Source of the DNA: Verrucomicrobiota bacterium
GTDB lineage: Bacteria; Verrucomicrobiota; Verrucomicrobiia; Limisphaerales; AAA164-E04
NCBI GenBank assembly: GCA_047947115.1
Contig: CP170459.1
Location: 5,408,001 to 5,472,000 of the forward strand
Direction of reading: 5' to 3'
DNA length: 64,000 bases
A model generated the notes under the pieces. The model saw only the letters and a program-made list of their open reading frames with translations. It was not told where the DNA came from and ran no database searches. The position numbers and the translations under genes were made by a program. The stretch's first letter is position 1. The number at the start of each line of letters is the position of its first letter. Positions 60,940-64,000 of the stretch are shown here, piece after piece.

Positions 60940-63201
60940 GTGACCAAAACAAATAAACAGATTATTAGATTACTGCGGAATTGCTTACATATTCTGATTG
61001 TCCTACTGTGCGCCATCAAAACCGCCGGCCCGGCCTGGTCAGCGGACAATGCCCACGAAGCGACAGATCCTGAGTCCAAACCGCAGACCGAACCCGCCGG
61101 CAAACCATCGATCCGGGCCATTCGTGTGGAGGTCGGCCCGGATATCGACGGCAAGCTGGACGAAGGACTATGGAAGAACGCGCCAGCCGCCGGCCCCCTG
61201 TGGCAATACGATCCCCTGGCCGGGGTTGAAATGACCGAACGAACGGAGTTTCGGGTCGTTTACGATGACCATAACATTTATATTGGCGTTTGGTGCTACG
61301 ATTCAGAACCTGAAAAAATCAACGCCCGCGTCATGCAAAGAGACAATCGATCGATATACAGCGACGATTATCTTTACATGGCATTCGACACATTTCATGA
61401 CCAACGCAACGGCTACATCTTCGTCGTCAACCCCAACGGCGCACGATACGATCAGATCGTCAGCAACAACATCTTCCTGAACGCCAACTGGGACGGAGTC
61501 TGGCAAGCTGCCGGTAGCATCGACGATGAAGGGTGGAAAGCGGAATTGTCCATCCCTTTCAAGTCCCTCAGTTTTGATCCCAACAGCGAAATCTGGGGAT
61601 TCAACATCAGCCGCTCGATCGCTCGCAAAGTGGAACGTGGCCGATGGACAGGTGCACAGCCTCACCTGCACACGTATCATGTGAGCCAAGGCGGGGACAT
61701 CATCGGCTTATCCGGACTGAAACAAGGCCTTGGGATCGAGGTATCTCCTTACCTTTTGGGACGCCTGACCCGCAATGGGGAAACCAACATGACCGGAGAT
61801 TTCGGGACCGACGCACGTTACCGCATCACACCCAACCTGAGTGCCACTCTGAGCTACAACACCGATTTTGCCGAAGCAGAAGTAGATCAACGTCAGTTGA
61901 ATTTCACCCGTTTTCCTCTCTTCTTTCCGGAACGAAGGGCATTCTTTCTGGAAGATAGCGGGGTGTTTGAGTACGGGGGACTATCCGTATCGGGAGGTTC
62001 CCGCGGCCTCAGCCGCCCGGTCATCCCCTTCTTCACTCGTCGTATTGGTCGCGACAATGACGGTGCGACAGTGCCTATAATGGTCGCTGGCAAAATGGCG
62101 GGCCGCGTCGGTAAATACAACATGGGCATTACGGACGCGGTGCTGGAAGATCACAACGGACTCGGCATGCAGAATGTTTTTGCCGGAAGGATCTCGCGGG
62201 ATATCTGGGAACAATCCAGCGTCGGCATGCTCTCAACCATCGGCGATCCCAATTCCGAAAATGAAAACTATGTAGCCGGTCCGGACCTGCGTTTCAGAAC
62301 CGCTGATTTCCTGAATGGAAACGTGCTGGAGGCTAACTTTTTTGCACTCGGTTCACGCACCGATGGTCAACTTTCTGATAACGGATTCAGTTATGGTACT
62401 TCCATTGCTTATCCCAATAATTTGATCAGCGCCAACGCTCAATACATCGAAGTGTCCGACGCTTTTGACCCGGCCCTGGGATTCGTTCGCAGAAAGGATG
62501 TGCGGGGTTACTACACCTACTTCAGTGTCAACCCACGCCCCAGCCGCCCCGCCTGGTTAAGGCAGTATCACGTCACCTATACCACCGAACATTTCACCGA
62601 CCGATCCAACTCACTGGAAACCGCGGAGCATCGCATCACACCTCTCTGGCTGGAGCTGAATTCAGGCGACGATATCTTCTTCAGCTACACGCGGGAATTC
62701 GACGGACCGGATGAGGATTTCACCATTCTGGAAGACCTGACAATTCCTGCCGGTGAGTATTGGTGGAATCAATACCGCGTTGGCATCGACTTTGCCAGTC
62801 GCCGCAAAGTTTCAGGAGAACTGAACGCATCTTACGGGGATTTTTATATGGGAGACCGGTGGCGCATGGGATCTGAAGTGGCTTATTACCCATGGAAACG
62901 ACTGGGGTTGAGTATGGACTACGCCTATAATCACGTGAGTTTTCCAAATGGCGTCGCCGATGCCCACATTGCTGCAGGCCGAACTTTGATCAATTTCACC
63001 ACCAATCTGACCTGGGCACATCTGGTCCAATACGACAGCCTCTCCGACTCGGTTGGATACAACAGCCGCCTGATTTGGGAATACCGTCCGGGCTCCAAAT
63101 TCTATGCCGTTTTCAACCAGAATTACCTCGCCGAAAACCTGACCTTCACCCTGCGCGAAACGGAAGTCACTCTGAAAGTAGGCGCCATTTTCCGCTTTTA
63201 A
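60940..63201 (+). CDS. CBM9-like domain plus outer-membrane DUF5916-type protein
   Basis: IDGKLDE..W, DTFHDQRN, WKAELSIPF, NTDFAEAEVD, FFPERRAFFLE; C-terminal Phe. Confidence 0.85.
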   Translation: MTKTNKQIIRLLRNCLHILIVLLCAIKTAGPAWSADNAHEATDPESKPQTEPAGKPSIRAIRVEVGPDIDGKLDEGLWKNAPAAGPLWQYDPLAGVEMTERTEFRVVYDDHNIYIGVWCYDSEPEKINARVMQRDNRSIYSDDYLYMAFDTFHDQRNGYIFVVNPNGARYDQIVSNNIFLNANWDGVWQAAGSIDDEGWKAELSIPFKSLSFDPNSEIWGFNISRSIARKVERGRWTGAQPHLHTYHVSQGGDIIGLSGLKQGLGIEVSPYLLGRLTRNGETNMTGDFGTDARYRITPNLSATLSYNTDFAEAEVDQRQLNFTRFPLFFPERRAFFLEDSGVFEYGGLSVSGGSRGLSRPVIPFFTRRIGRDNDGATVPIMVAGKMAGRVGKYNMGITDAVLEDHNGLGMQNVFAGRISRDIWEQSSVGMLSTIGDPNSENENYVAGPDLRFRTADFLNGNVLEANFFALGSRTDGQLSDNGFSYGTSIAYPNNLISANAQYIEVSDAFDPALGFVRRKDVRGYYTYFSVNPRPSRPAWLRQYHVTYTTEHFTDRSNSLETAEHRITPLWLELNSGDDIFFSYTREFDGPDEDFTILEDLTIPAGEYWWNQYRVGIDFASRRKVSGELNASYGDFYMGDRWRMGSEVAYYPWKRLGLSMDYAYNHVSFPNGVADAHIAAGRTLINFTTNLTWAHLVQYDSLSDSVGYNSRLIWEYRPGSKFYAVFNQNYLAENLTFTLRETEVTLKVGAIFRF

Positions 63202-63344
63202 GCCAGGTGGAACGGGGTGTCCCGGTATTCCACACTCACAGCATTCTCATTCAAAAGGGCTCTCAAACGCAATTCCAACAGTAACCGATATCTCACATCC
63301 CGCTTTGTGATCGCTCGCAATCAGATCATGACAATCCAACCCGC

Positions 63345-64000
63345 CTATGCCTCGACCGGCATTTCGATCACCTTCCAAGGCAATCCATATTGGTTAAGGT
63401 CAGCCATAAAAGGATCGGGGTCGAGTTGTTCCATGTTAAACACTCCGGGCTGGAGCCATTTGCCGGTCAACATCTGTTTGGCCCCGATCATGGCAGGAAC
63501 TCCCGTGGTATAAGAAATCGCCTGGGATTTGACCTCCTGGTAACATTCCTGGTGATCACAGACATTGTAAATGAACACCCGGCGCTTCTTTCCGTTCTTG
63601 ACACCATCCACCAGGCAACCGATGCAGGTCTTGCCTTTGGTGCGAGGCCCGAGCGAAGCAGGATCAGGAAGCAGCGCTTTAAGAAACTGCAGCGGGACGA
63701 TTTCCTTACCTTCAAACTGAATGGGTTCAATGCTGGTCATCCCGACATTCTCAAGCACACGCAGATGCGTCAAATACGATTCCCCGAAAGTCATCCAGAA
63801 CCGAATCCTCTTTAATCCCTTGATATTTTGACAGAGAGATTCCAGTTCTTCGTGATACATGAGGTACGCCCGCCGAACACCCACTTCCGGAAAATCAAAG
63901 TCGCGGTTGACGGATAACGGATCGGTTTCCTTCCATTCCCCTTCTTCCCAGAATCGCCCGTTGGCGGTGACTTCCCGAATATTGATCTCGGGATTGAAAT
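63345..64000 (-). CDS. Partial (5' end outside window) saccharopine dehydrogenase-family protein, carboxynorspermidine dehydrogenase-like
   Basis: Frame open to the window end: FNPEINIREVTANGRFWE...YLMYHEELESL...RFWMTF...QAISYTTGVPA. Confidence 0.88.
   Translation of the reverse strand, partial: FNPEINIREVTANGRFWEEGEWKETDPLSVNRDFDFPEVGVRRAYLMYHEELESLCQNIKGLKRIRFWMTFGESYLTHLRVLENVGMTSIEPIQFEGKEIVPLQFLKALLPDPASLGPRTKGKTCIGCLVDGVKNGKKRRVFIYNVCDHQECYQEVKSQAISYTTGVPAMIGAKQMLTGKWLQPGVFNMEQLDPDPFMADLNQYGLPWKVIEMPVEA

Overview
A gene-dense bacterial chromosome segment of moderate GC. Gene content (two prepilin/H-X9-DG proteins, a secreted protein with a PVC-style C-terminal '...YRV' domain, DUF151-holA-STAS, hpnH, many Tat substrates) suggests Verrucomicrobiota, though this is inference. 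Most of the window is housekeeping or metabolic: rph, prmA, proA, metF, holA, hpnH, amtB with a PII gene, two MATE transporters, a SNF2 ATPase, two-component genes and an ECF sigma/ZAS anti-sigma/ABC operon. One intact ISL3 element has IRs and an 8-bp target duplication. I found no tRNA, rRNA or CRISPR array. Three signals stand out and are not shown by the ORF track. (1) A split ORF at 11163-12575(-) reads through an in-frame TGA in a W-U-A-G-C thioredoxin motif followed by a SECIS-like hairpin. It is a candidate exported selenoprotein with a redoxin + TPR-like + DsbD-N-like architecture. (2) A candidate ~95-nt sigma54-dependent small RNA at ~44473-44568(-) has GU-rich UUGGUU repeats and a terminator whose loop is an anti-Shine-Dalgarno sequence. 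(3) A divergent exported molybdoenzyme locus (51834-59497) holds a PaoABC-like enzyme whose FAD subunit appears to lack the [4Fe-4S] ligands, three uncharacterised downstream proteins, a cupredoxin-like protein and a sulfite-oxidase-family enzyme. All family assignments come from motif recognition by eye; no searches were run.
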